A stretch of 64,000 nucleotides of DNA, from the NCBI GenBank assembly GCA_965262675.1, contig OZ253554.1, positions 570,997 through 634,996 of the forward strand, read 5' to 3'. This DNA is from Terriglobia bacterium. GTDB taxonomy: Bacteria; Acidobacteriota; Terriglobia; 20CM-2-55-15. The position numbers and the translations under genes are program-made. Below the pieces are notes generated by a model, which saw nothing but the letters and a program-made list of their open reading frames with translations, did not search any database and was not told where the DNA came from. Position 1 is the stretch's first letter. The number at the start of each line of letters is the position of its first letter. Below, piece by piece: positions 1-11,192 of this stretch.

Positions 1-717
1 GGTAGTCGATGTTCGCAAAGGCAAAGCCGGGAAGATCGAGTTGGAACCGGAAACCGGGAGTGATCTTCAGAATCCTGGACTGCGCGCCCCAACTCAGCCC
101 ACCCAGGGGTCCAACGTCCCGGATGAATCCCCATGAGATATTTCGTCCGGTGACCGCGCCCAAACTCACGTACGGATACCATTCCAGATAAACATCCCGA
201 TTCGCCACGGCGCCGGCGCAACATTGCATGTCCACGAAGAGAAAATTCTCGCCGTAGTTCCAGGCGCTCGCGTGCTGAAAGGTCATGACGTGCTGAAACC
301 CATCGGGGCTTACCCGGTGCGGACGCAATGCACCGCCGCCCTGGTAGTGGAATTCGGTGACGCTGAACCCCTGGGCGCGAGCAGTGCCACCCGCCACCTG
401 CAGGCAACTCGCGAGGAGTGCGAGTTGGACCATCTTCGGAAACAAGAATCTTGACCGAATGCCGAATCCGCCGCTCACTCCCAACACCATCTTCGCGCCT
501 CCGGGCAGATGGGTGAGTCCCCCAACCGGTTCTTTCCAACCCGAATGGCCGATCTTGAATGGGTCGCGCCCGGGTACGTGGATTTCCCGCGGTCGGATGC
601 CTATTCCCATTCCGGTTCCTTGTGCCGGTTGGCCAAACCATTCCTCGGCGCCATGATTTGCCACGTTTCCTACTTTAACGTTTTTGGTTCATACGCGCTT
701 CAAGGCCGCCTAAAATA

Positions 718-1842
718 TTGACCATGCTCGAAACTCACAAGTTCTCTCGCGAACGGAAACCGTCGCCCGTACTTGCAATTTTCGTGCTGGGGTTCACGTT
801 GACCGCGCCTTTCATGCTGGGGCAGGACGCGGATCCCACCGCCGAAATCCGTCGATTTGCCGATGATGGGAACGCCTCAGCCCAGGCCACTCTCGGTTTC
901 ATGTACGAAATTGGACAAGGCGTACCTCAGGACGAAGCCGAAGCCGTAAGGTGGTATCTGCTCGCCGCCGAGCAGGGGGAGGTCGTTGCCCAAATCAACC
1001 TCGGCCTCATGTACGCCGACGGACGGGGCGTGCCCGAAGACGACGCCGAAGCCGTACGGTGGTTGCAGCTCGCCGCCGACCAGGGTCACAGCGACGCCCA
1101 ATTCAACCTCGGCCTCATGTACGACAACGGTCATGGCGTTCCTGAAAACGACGCCGAAGCCGTTAACTGGTACCGACTGGCCGCGGATCAGGGGGACGCG
1201 GCCGCCCAGGCGACCCTCGGTCTCATGTACATCGACGGACGGGGCGTGGGTCAAGACGAGGCCGAAGCCGTGAGGTGGTTCCAACTCGCCGCCGACCAGG
1301 GGGTCGCTGCCGCCCAATTCAACCTCGGCCTCTTGTACGACAACGGACGTGGCGTGCCTGAAAACGACGCCGAAGCCGTAAGGTGGTATCTGCTCGCCGC
1401 CGATCAGGGGGACGCGGCCGCCCAATCCAACCTCGGCCTCATGTACGCCGACGGACGCGGCGTGCCGGTAAACGATGCCGAAGCCGTGAAGTGGTACCGG
1501 CTCGCCGCAGATCAGGGGGTCACCGCCGCGCAGTACAACCTCGGCATCATGTACGCCAACGGACGGGGTGTGGCTGAAAACGATGCCGAAGCCGTCGACT
1601 GGTACCAACTCGCCGCCGACCGGGGTTACGCCGCGGCCCAATCCAACCTCGGCCTCATGTATGCCAATGGGTGGGGCGTGCCCGAAGATTACGTCCGCGC
1701 CTATGCCTGGTGGATCCTTGCCGCCGCGCAGGAGATCGAATCGGCCATCCAGAACATGAACGATCTCGAGACACGCATGACCGCCGATGACATCGCGCGC
1801 GCCGAGGAACTGAGCGCCGCCCTGTTGGACCGCATCGAATAA
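718..1842 (+). CDS. Sel1-like repeat (SLR/TPR) protein, secreted
   Basis: N-terminal hydrophobic segment followed by about 9 tandem 36-aa repeats (AQxNLGLMYxxGRGVPExDAEAVxWYxLAADQG). The start may be the ATG at 724. Confidence 0.95.
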   Translation: MTMLETHKFSRERKPSPVLAIFVLGFTLTAPFMLGQDADPTAEIRRFADDGNASAQATLGFMYEIGQGVPQDEAEAVRWYLLAAEQGEVVAQINLGLMYADGRGVPEDDAEAVRWLQLAADQGHSDAQFNLGLMYDNGHGVPENDAEAVNWYRLAADQGDAAAQATLGLMYIDGRGVGQDEAEAVRWFQLAADQGVAAAQFNLGLLYDNGRGVPENDAEAVRWYLLAADQGDAAAQSNLGLMYADGRGVPVNDAEAVKWYRLAADQGVTAAQYNLGIMYANGRGVAENDAEAVDWYQLAADRGYAAAQSNLGLMYANGWGVPEDYVRAYAWWILAAAQEIESAIQNMNDLETRMTADDIARAEELSAALLDRIE

Positions 1843-1844
1843 CC

Positions 1845-2070
1845 CCGGCGCGTGCCTCGCGCCGGGCGCGTAGCGGCGTGTTCCTCACGCCGGATCGAGC
1901 GCGGCGTGTTCTCCGGTGCGTGCCTCGCACCGGGCGCGTAGCGGCGTGTTCCTCACGCCGGATCGAGCGCGGCGTGTTCTCCGGCGCGTGCCTCGCGCCG
2001 GGCGCGTAGCGGCGTGTTCCTCACGCCGGATCGAGCGCGGCGTGTTCTCAGGCGCGTGCCTCGCGCCGGG
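1845..2070. repeat. 68-bp GC-rich tandem repeat, about 3.3 copies
   Basis: Units start at 1845, 1913, 1981 and 2049 (ccggcgcgtgcctcgcgccgggcgcgtagcggcgtgttcctcacgccggatcgagcgcggcgtgttct). It lies between convergent genes and has no spacers. Confidence 0.95.
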
Positions 2071-2107
2071 GGGCATCCCGGGAACAGTTTCCACTCCTCG
2101 CCCCGGG

Positions 2108-4696
2108 TCAAGAAGCCCGCAACGTGCGTGTCGGATCGACGCGCGACGCGCGGAACGCCGGAATGAGAGCGGCCAGTGTGCCGGCCCCTGCCAGCATCAA
2201 GGCCACGGCCACGAAAGTCAGAGGATCGGTTGGTTCCGTCTGGAAAAGGAAAGTCCGGATGATGCGGGCACCGACGGCGGCCCCACCGAGACCCAGAAGC
2301 GTACCTGCCACGATGGGCACAACGGAGTCCCTCACGATCATCCACACGACCTGGGGGCGCGTGGCGCCAAAGGCTATCCGCACGCCGATTTCCGCCGTGC
2401 GGCGCGCCGCCGCGTAGGCCGTGATGCCAAACACGCCGACCAGGGTCAGTACAAGACCGAGGCCGCCGAGCAGACCCAACAGAAGCGTCCGGCGGCGGGG
2501 CGTCGCGACGCGGTCGCCAAACCAGTCATCGGCAGTCCGAACGCTTTCGACCAGCACGCGCGGGCCCACCGATTGCGCCACGCTCCGCAGTTGCCCCAGC
2601 GGATTCGGGCCGGAACCCGAGGGTCGCACGACGATCGTCATGGCTCGGGTCATATTGGCTTCACTCGCCTCGAATGGGAGATACACTTGGCTGTTCGTAA
2701 GTTGCACGCTTAACGGCCCGCCGTGGCGGATATTCCCAACGACACCGAGAACGGTCCAGCGTTCACTCTGACCGAGGCGTGTAAACCGCCTCCCGACCGC
2801 CGCTCCGTCAGGGAATATCCGCCGAGCCGCCGCCCGATTGATAACCGCACCCCGGTAGCCGGATGCATGGTCCTGGTCCGTCGGCAGCCGCCCGTCGAGA
2901 AGTTCAACGTCAATCGTCTCGAAGTAGCCCGGTAGCACACGGAACATCGTGATCAGGGTCGATTCGCCACCAACCTGTACCGCGGTAAACATCATGCTGT
3001 CTCCGAGCGAAAAGTTATCCACTCCGCCCGCGGACGCGATACCAACCGTTGCACGAAGGTGACTGAGCAACTCCAGGTAATAGGTTTCGTGAACGCCGGG
3101 ATCGGGACTCAGGGGCAAGACCTCCATTGCCACCAGGCCATCGGGATCGAAACCGAGGTCGAAAGCCGCCAGCCGCGCATACGTCCGAACCATCAACCCG
3201 GCACCAACGACGAGTATCGCGGCGAGTGCCACTTCCGCGACGATCAGCATCTGTCCCCCGCGACGGGAAAGCGTGGACGATACCGAGTGCCGGGCGCCGT
3301 GGGCAAAGGCCTGTGCGAGGTTCACACGCGAGAGCAGAATCGCAGGCATAAACCCGAACACGACGACCGTTGGTATGAGGAGGGCCGCGGTACCCGCGAG
3401 AACTCGAAGATTGATCTCGACCGCCGAGTTCTCCGGTATGGACATCGGGATGTTGGCAACGATCGCATCCAGCGCCACCGACGCCAGCCCGACACCGACC
3501 ACAGCTCCGGCAAGGGCGAGGACGAGGCTTTCAGTCAGCAACTGGCGCGTCAAGCGGGGCCATCCCGCCCCGATGGAGAAGCGCGTCGCGAACTCCGGCT
3601 GACGCGCAGTTCCGCGAGCGAACAACAGACCCGCGACGTTCACGCACGCGATCAGAAGGATCAGCGCCACCGCCGCAACAAGCACGTTCACGGTCGTCCC
3701 GTAACCGTCGGTCGTCAGATTCAACCGCGAGTCGACGATCGCACGGGCCTCCAAGGCGCGGCCCGGTACCGTCAGGGACGACAACCGTTCACTCGCCGCA
3801 TCGATCGTGATGCCCGGCTGAAGCCGTCCATAAACCGACACGCGGCCGGTGCCTCGCGATGAAGCTTCGTCGAGCGGGACCCGCAGAGGCCGGGACACCG
3901 GACTACCCGTGTTGAACGACCGAGGCAACACGCCAACGATGGTCGCCACGCCGTCACTGAGGCGAATCGATTCGCCGATCGCATCGGTGCGTCCCCCGTA
4001 ACGGCTTTGCCAATATCCGTAGCCCAGGAGCGCCACCGGGGGGGCCTCCGCCCGCATGTCCTCGAACGAGAAGTCGCGCCCCAGGAAGGGCGTGACCCCG
4101 TGCATCGACAGGTAGTCTTCGGTGAATTCGAATACCTGGATGCGCTCGGGTTCGGGACCGTCGGCGATGCGGCCTCCGAACGCCCCACCCCACGCGGCGA
4201 CGGACAAGAAAACATCGTCGGCATTCTGCCAGGCTCGCATGTCGTCCATCGATGGCATTGGCTGGGATACGCTTCCATCCGGAAAATCCACTTCAGTCCG
4301 GATCGTGACGAGGCGATCCGGATTCGGGTAGGGCAACGGACGCAGCATTGCGGCGTCGATGACGCTGAAGAGCGCCGTGGACGCTCCGATGCCGAGAGCC
4401 AGTGTCAGGACCGCGACGACCGACCAGCCACGCGCGCGCGCCAACTGCCGGATCCCGTATCGGATGTCCTGTAGAAGCTGTTCGAGCCAGACGAGGGCCC
4501 AGACCGCGTGCGCGTCCTCCGAATTTCGCAAGACGCTGCCGAATCTGCGCCGTGCCTCGGACCGGGCGTCGGCTTCGCCCAGACCCTTGCGCCGGAGTTC
4601 CGCCGCCGCTTCCGCAATGTGGAGTTCCATCTCCTCGCGCAAGGCAGCCCGCCTTCTGGCGCTGCCGATCCAGTATCGAAGTCTCCTTGTCAGCAT
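2108..4696 (-). CDS. ADOP-family duplicated ABC permease (MacB/FtsX domains)
   Basis: Motifs QDIRYGIRQL, TLALGIGASTALFS, LLIACVNVAGLL and RRTAEIGVRIAFGA. The ATG at 4696 overlaps the PadR stop (ATGA). Confidence 0.93.
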   Translation of the reverse strand: MLTRRLRYWIGSARRRAALREEMELHIAEAAAELRRKGLGEADARSEARRRFGSVLRNSEDAHAVWALVWLEQLLQDIRYGIRQLARARGWSVVAVLTLALGIGASTALFSVIDAAMLRPLPYPNPDRLVTIRTEVDFPDGSVSQPMPSMDDMRAWQNADDVFLSVAAWGGAFGGRIADGPEPERIQVFEFTEDYLSMHGVTPFLGRDFSFEDMRAEAPPVALLGYGYWQSRYGGRTDAIGESIRLSDGVATIVGVLPRSFNTGSPVSRPLRVPLDEASSRGTGRVSVYGRLQPGITIDAASERLSSLTVPGRALEARAIVDSRLNLTTDGYGTTVNVLVAAVALILLIACVNVAGLLFARGTARQPEFATRFSIGAGWPRLTRQLLTESLVLALAGAVVGVGLASVALDAIVANIPMSIPENSAVEINLRVLAGTAALLIPTVVVFGFMPAILLSRVNLAQAFAHGARHSVSSTLSRRGGQMLIVAEVALAAILVVGAGLMVRTYARLAAFDLGFDPDGLVAMEVLPLSPDPGVHETYYLELLSHLRATVGIASAGGVDNFSLGDSMMFTAVQVGGESTLITMFRVLPGYFETIDVELLDGRLPTDQDHASGYRGAVINRAAARRIFPDGAAVGRRFTRLGQSERWTVLGVVGNIRHGGPLSVQLTNSQVYLPFEASEANMTRAMTIVVRPSGSGPNPLGQLRSVAQSVGPRVLVESVRTADDWFGDRVATPRRRTLLLGLLGGLGLVLTLVGVFGITAYAAARRTAEIGVRIAFGATRPQVVWMIVRDSVVPIVAGTLLGLGGAAVGARIIRTFLFQTEPTDPLTFVAVALMLAGAGTLAALIPAFRASRVDPTRTLRAS

Positions 4697-5034
4697 CAGT
4701 TCGTCCCCATCACGCGCGCGATAGCGACCGTGAGCCTCCGGTAGCGCTGAACCTCGTGCGCGAGTTGCTTGCGGCCCGCCGCGGTAATCTTGTAGATGCG
4801 CGCTCGCCGGTTGTTTGGCGTCAGCCCCCATTCCCCGTCGATCCAGCCGTGGAGTTCCAGACGCTGAAGCGCGGGGTACAAGGATCCTTCTTCGATAAGG
4901 ATCTTATCGCCGGAAGTTTGCTGAATGATCTGCATGATCGCGTAGCCGTGCAAGTTGGCTCGCGTCAGAGTCTTGAGGATGAGCATGTCCAGCGACCCGG
5001 GGAGCGAGTCGTTCTTTTTTGATTTCCGTCCCAT
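4696..5034 (-). CDS. PadR-family transcriptional regulator (acidobacterial type)
   Basis: Motifs GSLDMLILKTL, HGYAI, EGSLYPALQRLE and NNRRARIYKIT; coupled to the ADOP permease. Confidence 0.95.
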   Translation of the reverse strand: MGRKSKKNDSLPGSLDMLILKTLTRANLHGYAIMQIIQQTSGDKILIEEGSLYPALQRLELHGWIDGEWGLTPNNRRARIYKITAAGRKQLAHEVQRYRRLTVAIARVMGTN

Positions 5035-5108
5035 ACCAAGAATTCATACCTTTATGCGACTTGACGTTACATATCGATCGTCATTAATGTCCAGAGAATT
5101 CTTGGTAT
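5033..5108. promoter_or_regulatory. 13-bp inverted repeat, candidate PadR operators
   Basis: ATACCAAGAATTC (5033-5045) and GAATTCTTGGTAT (5096-5108) are perfect reverse complements; the first overlaps the padR start codon. Confidence 0.5.
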
Positions 5109-5159
5109 CGTAAAACGCGAGGCGAATTTTTCGGAAGCGGCATCCGTTTGCTGTGGGCA

Positions 5160-5350
5160 CTAGCGGCCTTTCTCACGGGTTTTCGTCGCAAAGAGTCGGA
5201 GACGCCGTCAGAGCTACGGCGCGCGCCCGGAGGGCACCGGAGGCGGACTTCTTACTGCCGCACCAAGGTGCGCTTAGACGGTACGTCGAGGAGCCCGCGC
5301 TTGATCCGGCGCGATCAGCGCCAGGAAAGCGCCTGAGAACGCGCCGTAGG
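5160..5350 (+). repeat. MITE-like intergenic repeat, copy 1 (partial)
   Basis: ctagcggcctttctcacgggttttcgtcgcaaagagtcggagacgccgtcagag... matches 19074-19307 and 63841-64000. Confidence 0.8.
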
Positions 5351-5450
5351 TAGACAAACGGAGCATCGGACCCCGGCATGTGCTCGGCGGTACCGGCCCA
5401 ACCGGAGCCACAGTCGATATGTCCGGCAATTCAGGATTCGAAGGGCGCCC

Positions 5451-6245
5451 TCAGAGATCGATCGGCCGGGCGTCGGCAATCGCCGCCATCATCGTGTCGT
5501 GAAACTGCCCGTTCGACGCCAGAATCTCACGGGATTCCACCTGATAGGATCCGCCATCGAACCGGCTCACCCGCCCGCCGGCTTCCTCCAGGATCAGCAC
5601 ACCGGCCGCGGTGTCCCAGGGGTGCAGATCGAGTTCCCAGAAACCGTCGCACCGCCCCATCGCCAGATGGCACAGATCGAGGGCCGCGGAACCTCCGCGC
5701 CGGATCGCCTGAGCCTTGAGCAGAAAGCCCCGAAACAGGCCCAGGGCCCACGATACGCGCTCCTCGATGTTGTAAGGAAAGCCCGTCAACAGCAGCGCGT
5801 CGCCCAGACCGGACACTTCCGACACGGATATCGGTTCACCGTTCAGCCTGGCGCCGCTCCCGCGGCGTGCCGAAAACATTTCATCGCGAACCGGATCGTA
5901 GACAGCCCCGCATTCCATCCGCTGGTTGACCTCCAGGGCGATCGACACGGAATACATCGGGTACCGATGCGCGTAATTTGTTGTACCGTCCAGCGGATCG
6001 ACGATCCAACGGTGCGTCGGGCTATCCCCCTGACCCGCCATCGGACCCGACTCCTCGGCCAATACCGAGTGGTCCGGATATCGGGCGCGGATCGCGTCCA
6101 GAATCAGGGCTTCGCTTTCCTTGTCGGCGACCGTGACCAGATTGCCGCGCCCCTTCAACTCCACCTGCTTGTCCCGGGATGCGTAGTAATTCAGAACCTC
6201 GCCGGCGGAACGCGCGAGTTCGACTACGAATTCGGAATGTTCCAT
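5451..6245 (-). CDS. suhB: Inositol monophosphatase family protein
   Basis: Motifs WIVDPLDGTTNYAH, RRGGSAALDLC and LHPWDTAAG. Confidence 0.92.
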   Translation of the reverse strand: MEHSEFVVELARSAGEVLNYYASRDKQVELKGRGNLVTVADKESEALILDAIRARYPDHSVLAEESGPMAGQGDSPTHRWIVDPLDGTTNYAHRYPMYSVSIALEVNQRMECGAVYDPVRDEMFSARRGSGARLNGEPISVSEVSGLGDALLLTGFPYNIEERVSWALGLFRGFLLKAQAIRRGGSAALDLCHLAMGRCDGFWELDLHPWDTAAGVLILEEAGGRVSRFDGGSYQVESREILASNGQFHDTMMAAIADARPIDL

Positions 6246-6271
6246 TCGATGTTGAGATGCAGTCTTGAAGT

Positions 6272-7501
6272 CTATCCGGACGACTGGAGCGTCACCATCA
6301 ACTGCACGAAGCGCATGTCTTCGGCCAGGAGGCTGAATACGGAATCCGCAAGCAAGTCCGCATCGTCGAAGCCTTCTTCGACGGCGCGATAGAGATAGGA
6401 CATCGTTCGGTCGGCATCGCCGAAGTTTGCGAACACTTTCGCCATGTAGAAATTGGTCATGGCTTCGTTGACTCGGGTTGCCTGGGCCAAGGTTGGAAGA
6501 CCCTCGCTGTCCGCGGCGTCAAACATCGTGGGATCGGCCCGAAGCGCGCGTATGTAAAACTGCAGGCCCTCCTCATATTGTTCCAGCGCAAACAACAGGG
6601 CGCCGATGTTCTGCAAAACCACGCTGTATTCGGGTTGTATCTCGAGGGCATCCTGGTAGTAGCCCATGGCGCGTTGGTACCTGTTTCGGGTCTGTTCCAG
6701 GGAACCCAGGTTGTTCAACACCGGCACGTAGTAGGGATTCACCTTCAAGGCTTCCTTGAACTGCTTTTCCGCGTCACCCATCTCCTGCAACTGCAAAAAC
6801 GTCAGTCCGAGCTTGTTCGCGACAAAGGGATCGTAGCGGTCGATCCCAAGATACTGCTCGTACTCGGACGCCGCGTCTTCATACATCTTGCGCGCAAGAA
6901 ATATGTCGCCACGGGTTTCGAGGTTCTGCAGTTCATCCTGAATAGCGGGAGGGATCAACAGATCGACCCGCAAGGTATCGCCGACCAGCCTCCGTACCAG
7001 AAGCGGGCTCGTCAGGCGAAGTTGCGCCGCCAGGGCCCGGGCTTCGTCACGGTTTTCGCGCGCATATTTCGCGGCATGCAGATTGTCCTGAATGTTCCGG
7101 TTCAAGGGACTGCGTTCGGCGGCATCCCTGAAACGATCCTCCGCGTCATCGAAATCTTCTCTGGAGTAATAGAGGACACCAAGATTGTTGTAGGTCTCCG
7201 CCAGTTCGCGATCCCGGCTGGTGGCCACACGGAACGTCCCTTCGGCGTCGCGCTCGCGGCCCTGCATAAAGTAGGACACTCCGAGCCGGTTTTGGGCCTG
7301 GGGCAGGATTTCGATAGGGGAAAATTGCCTGAACGCGTCGATCGCCAACTGAAAATCACGCGCTTCGAAAGCGGCGTTTCCGATCTCGAGGTAGTCCGGC
7401 GAGGCAACCGCGGCCTGGGCGTCCGACGGCGTTTCCTGACGGGCAATTGCATTGGGAACCATCAACCCGGCGACAGCGACGATCATGCAAAAGGCTCTCA
7501 T
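6272..7501 (-). CDS. TPR-repeat protein with signal peptide
   Basis: Multiple TPR motifs (YNNLGVLY, ANKLGLTF, LNNLGSLE). Start chosen at MRAFCMIV, after a GGAGG-like RBS. Confidence 0.85.
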   Translation of the reverse strand: MRAFCMIVAVAGLMVPNAIARQETPSDAQAAVASPDYLEIGNAAFEARDFQLAIDAFRQFSPIEILPQAQNRLGVSYFMQGRERDAEGTFRVATSRDRELAETYNNLGVLYYSREDFDDAEDRFRDAAERSPLNRNIQDNLHAAKYARENRDEARALAAQLRLTSPLLVRRLVGDTLRVDLLIPPAIQDELQNLETRGDIFLARKMYEDAASEYEQYLGIDRYDPFVANKLGLTFLQLQEMGDAEKQFKEALKVNPYYVPVLNNLGSLEQTRNRYQRAMGYYQDALEIQPEYSVVLQNIGALLFALEQYEEGLQFYIRALRADPTMFDAADSEGLPTLAQATRVNEAMTNFYMAKVFANFGDADRTMSYLYRAVEEGFDDADLLADSVFSLLAEDMRFVQLMVTLQSSG

Positions 7502-7532
7502 AGAGGCGCCCTCCCCGTTTGCCGTAAGTTTA

Positions 7533-9524
7533 TCATGCGATCTCCAACCGCCGGGCACGAAGTGCTTTCGCACGGTCCCGCAATTCCGCGGCCCGCTCGA
7601 ATTCGAACCGTCGCGCGGCCTCTCGCATGTCCTTTTCGAGCTTCTCGATTCGATCGTCGATCTTCCCGATATCCTCTTCGATCTCATCGTCAGCGGGACC
7701 GTCGATCGGTGTTTCGACGTAGTCGGCCTCGGAAACGGCGATCAAGGTCATGTCGACCGGCTTGACGATGCTTTCCGGAGTGATCCCGTTGACCTCGTTG
7801 TAGGCGACCTGGATCGATCGCCTGCGGTCGGTCTCCTCTATCGCCTGCCGCATTGAATCGGTTACCTTGTCCGCGTAAAGGATCGCCATCCCTTTCACGT
7901 TCCGCGCCGCCCGGCCAACGGTCTGGATCAGCGACCCCGCCGATCTCAGGAACCCTTCCTTGTCGGCGTCCAAAATTGCCACCAGCGAGACTTCCGGAAG
8001 GTCGAGTCCCTCGCGTAGCAAGTTTATCCCGATCAGAACGTCGAACTCACCCTTGCGCAGCCCACGAAGAATCTTGATACGTTCCAGCGTCTCGATTTCG
8101 GAGTGCAGGTATCGGCATCGTACGCCGACTTCAGTGTAGTATTCGGCCAGATCCTCGGACATGCGTTTGGTCAGGGTGGTCACCAGCACCCGCTCCCGAA
8201 CCGCGACGCGATCGCGGATCGCGTCGAGCAGGTCGTCGATCTGCCCGCTCACCGGCCGCACGTCAACCACGGGATCGGTCAGCCCCGTCGGACGGATGAC
8301 CTGCTCGACGACCACGCCCCCGGACCGCGTCAGTTCATACGGACCCGGCGTTGCGGATACGTACACCAATTGGTTGATCCGTTTCTGAAACTCGGTGAAC
8401 GTCAGCGGCCGATTATCCAGGGCCGATGGCAATCGGAACCCGTACTCCACCAAGTTGGCTTTTCGCGACCGGTCCCCATGGTACATGCCGCGCAATTGGG
8501 GTACCGACTGGTGGCTTTCGTCGATAAACATCAGCGCGTCTTTGGGAAGGTAGTCGAGAAGAGTGGGCGGGGGCTCCCCCGGCATACGCCCGGTCAGGTG
8601 GCGGGAGTAATTTTCGATCCCGTGGCAGTAGCCCACTTCCTTCATCATCTCGATGTCGAACAGGGTGCGTTGATGAACGCGTTGAGCCTCCAGAAGTTTC
8701 CCCTGACGCTCCAGCAGGGCTTCCCAGTCGTTCAACTCGGCCCGAACCGTGCGCACCGCCTGCTCCAGTCGCAGACGCGGCATCACGAAATGACTCTTCG
8801 GATAAACGGTCAGTCGATCGAGTCTTCGAAGCGTGTCCCCGGTCAGCGGATCGAACGTGCTCAGTTGCTCGACGTCGTCGCCCCACAACTCGATCCGATA
8901 CCCGATGTTCTCGTATGTGGGAAACACTTCGATCGTGTCCCCGCGAACACGGAAGGTTCCTCGCCTGAAATCGGCATCGTTACGTTCATAAAGAACCTCG
9001 ACCAGCTTCGTCAGCACCTCTCTCCGGCTCACCTTCTGACCTTTTTCGAGCATCAACAGCATCCCGTAATAGGCCTCCGGAGATCCGAGACCGTAAATGC
9101 AGGAGACGGACGCGACAATCAGCACGTCGCGGCGTTCGAACAGGGACCGTGTTGCCGACAGTCGAAGGCGGTCGATTTCATCGTTGATTGTCGATTCCTT
9201 CTCGATATAGGTGTCGGTCGACGCCATATAGGCTTCGGGTTGGTAGTAGTCGTAATAACTGACGAAGTACTCGACGGCGTTGTTGGGAAAGAAGGAACTG
9301 AACTCCTGGTACAGTTGCGCTGCAAGCGTCTTGTTGTGAGCCAGTACCAGCGTCGGGCGGTTGACGGCCTCGACGACCTTAGCCATCGTGAACGTTTTTC
9401 CCGACCCGGTAACTCCGAGCAGAACCTGGTGGGGGTCCGCGTCCCGGACGCCGCGAACCAACTGTTCGATAGCCGATTGCTGGTCGCCGCGTGGCTCGTA
9501 AGATGATGCGAGTTCGAACGTCAT
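7533..9524 (-). CDS. uvrB: Excinuclease ABC subunit B
   Basis: Motifs [36 protein letters not shown] and [14 protein letters not shown], plus a C-terminal UVR domain. Confidence 0.99.
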   Translation of the reverse strand: MTFELASSYEPRGDQQSAIEQLVRGVRDADPHQVLLGVTGSGKTFTMAKVVEAVNRPTLVLAHNKTLAAQLYQEFSSFFPNNAVEYFVSYYDYYQPEAYMASTDTYIEKESTINDEIDRLRLSATRSLFERRDVLIVASVSCIYGLGSPEAYYGMLLMLEKGQKVSRREVLTKLVEVLYERNDADFRRGTFRVRGDTIEVFPTYENIGYRIELWGDDVEQLSTFDPLTGDTLRRLDRLTVYPKSHFVMPRLRLEQAVRTVRAELNDWEALLERQGKLLEAQRVHQRTLFDIEMMKEVGYCHGIENYSRHLTGRMPGEPPPTLLDYLPKDALMFIDESHQSVPQLRGMYHGDRSRKANLVEYGFRLPSALDNRPLTFTEFQKRINQLVYVSATPGPYELTRSGGVVVEQVIRPTGLTDPVVDVRPVSGQIDDLLDAIRDRVAVRERVLVTTLTKRMSEDLAEYYTEVGVRCRYLHSEIETLERIKILRGLRKGEFDVLIGINLLREGLDLPEVSLVAILDADKEGFLRSAGSLIQTVGRAARNVKGMAILYADKVTDSMRQAIEETDRRRSIQVAYNEVNGITPESIVKPVDMTLIAVSEADYVETPIDGPADDEIEEDIGKIDDRIEKLEKDMREAARRFEFERAAELRDRAKALRARRLEIA

Positions 9525-9732
9525 GGAAACTTTTCATTGTAACAAGGGTTGGGTTGAACAGACCCGGAACGCCCCCCCAATCCGCGGCAACAGCCGGCAG
9601 CTATCGAAACGCCACCAACCGGCGACCGAACCTCTCTTGACACCACATCGTTAAATCGCCTAACCTTGCCCTTTTCGTGACAGGACCTGGGCAGAACTCG
9701 TAAACCGATATGCTAAAAGGGGTTCTGGAGAT

Positions 9733-10563
9733 TTGAAGCACATACTGTTGCCCGAAATTCTGGAGATACTTCGGTGTCCCGAATGCGAATCCCCAGGGCC
9801 GCTCGCCAGCAACGGCAACGGTCATTTGAGATGCTCGGGTTGCCACTCCGAATATCCCCTGGGCCGTGGTTATGTGAACCTGTGCCCCGACTTCACCGAA
9901 TCGGTCACGCCGATCCAGTACCTTTGCCAGTCCCCGCCGATGATTGCCATTTATGAAAACATCTGGCGCCCCCTCGGCTATTTCTTTTCGAGTTCGCGTT
10001 CATTCCCCGAAGATCTGGAACGTATTACGGCGTTGATGGAGCCCTCCCGTCACGGAATGATTCTGGACCTTGGCTGCGGACCGGGCAACTTCACCCGGCA
10101 CATTGCGCGGTGCGGTACGAGAACGACGGTTGTGGGTTTCGATCTGGCGGAACAGATGTTGCATCGGGCCGTGGACCTTTCACCGAACGACGAGTTTTCA
10201 AACGTCTGCTACATGCGCGGTAACGCGCTCGACCTGCCTTTCGAATCGGAATCCTTCGACGCGGTGATCTGCTGTGGGGCCTTGCAGATCTTTACCGACT
10301 ACGCCCAGGCGCTTTCCGAAGTCGCCCGGGTATTGAAGCCCGGCGGCGAGTTCGTCTGCCAGACCATCGTGACTCCAAACCCCACGCCACTGTGGCTCCG
10401 CATGGCCGACCGAATCATGAGTTTCGGCTACTTCCGCATGGCCGACCTCAAGACCCAACTCCAAGGGCTTGAACTGGATGTAGTGGACGAGGAATCCTCC
10501 AAGGTCAGCTATATCTTCCGCGCCGAAAAACGCTGCCAGAACGCCATGTCTTCGGCAGGGTAG
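9733..10563 (+). CDS. Class I SAM-dependent methyltransferase with N-terminal Zn-ribbon (Trm112-like)
   Basis: CPEC...CSGC, LDLGCGPG, LPFESESFDAV and RVLKPGG. Confidence 0.88.
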   Translation: MKHILLPEILEILRCPECESPGPLASNGNGHLRCSGCHSEYPLGRGYVNLCPDFTESVTPIQYLCQSPPMIAIYENIWRPLGYFFSSSRSFPEDLERITALMEPSRHGMILDLGCGPGNFTRHIARCGTRTTVVGFDLAEQMLHRAVDLSPNDEFSNVCYMRGNALDLPFESESFDAVICCGALQIFTDYAQALSEVARVLKPGGEFVCQTIVTPNPTPLWLRMADRIMSFGYFRMADLKTQLQGLELDVVDEESSKVSYIFRAEKRCQNAMSSAG

Positions 10564-10601
10564 CCCGTCGGATCTGGCAGCAACAAAAATCGAAGAAATA
10601 G

Positions 10602-11192
10602 ATGAAAAAATCCGCCGATGCCCAATACCCCATCAACCCTCTGATCGAGAAAAGATGGAGCCCGCGATCGTTCCTGGATCGGGCCGTTGAACCCGAAAAG
10701 TTGCGATCCTGCCTCGAAGCGGCCCGTTGGGCGGCCTCGTGCTTCAACGAACAGCCATGGCGCTACATAGTCGCGGTTTCCGACGACGAATCAGGCTTCA
10801 AGCGCCTGGCTGATTGTCTGGTGCCGGGGAACAGTTGGGCCAGGCAGGCCGGCGTACTGATCATTTCGGTGGCATCCATGAAATTTGCGAATAACGGCAA
10901 CCCGAACCGCAATGCGTTCCACGATGTGGGGCTGGCGACAGCGCACCTGGTCTTGCAGGCGACCGAACTGGGACTGTCGGTCCATCAGATGGCCGGGTTC
11001 GATCGCCAAAAGGCTCGCGGAGCATGTTCCATTCCAGATGACTTCGATCCGGTGGCGTTTCTGGCAATGGGTTATGCCGGCGAACCCGACCAGCTTTCGG
11101 ATGAGTTGAAAAAGCGCGAACTGGCCCCGCGGGTCCGGCGCTCCCAGGCCGACTTTGTATTCAACGGCACGTGGGGCGCGACGCTGGGTTGA
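10602..11192 (+). CDS. Nitroreductase family protein
   Basis: Motifs RWSPRSF, AARWAASCFNEQPWR and HQMAGFD. Confidence 0.93.
   Translation: MKKSADAQYPINPLIEKRWSPRSFLDRAVEPEKLRSCLEAARWAASCFNEQPWRYIVAVSDDESGFKRLADCLVPGNSWARQAGVLIISVASMKFANNGNPNRNAFHDVGLATAHLVLQATELGLSVHQMAGFDRQKARGACSIPDDFDPVAFLAMGYAGEPDQLSDELKKRELAPRVRRSQADFVFNGTWGATLG

Noticed and set aside
1-717. Short ORFs at the window start
   Set aside because: No recognisable motif or consistent frame; cannot be assigned without upstream context.
1845-2070. Possible CRISPR array
   Set aside because: 68-bp units are contiguous with no unique spacers, and no cas genes are present.
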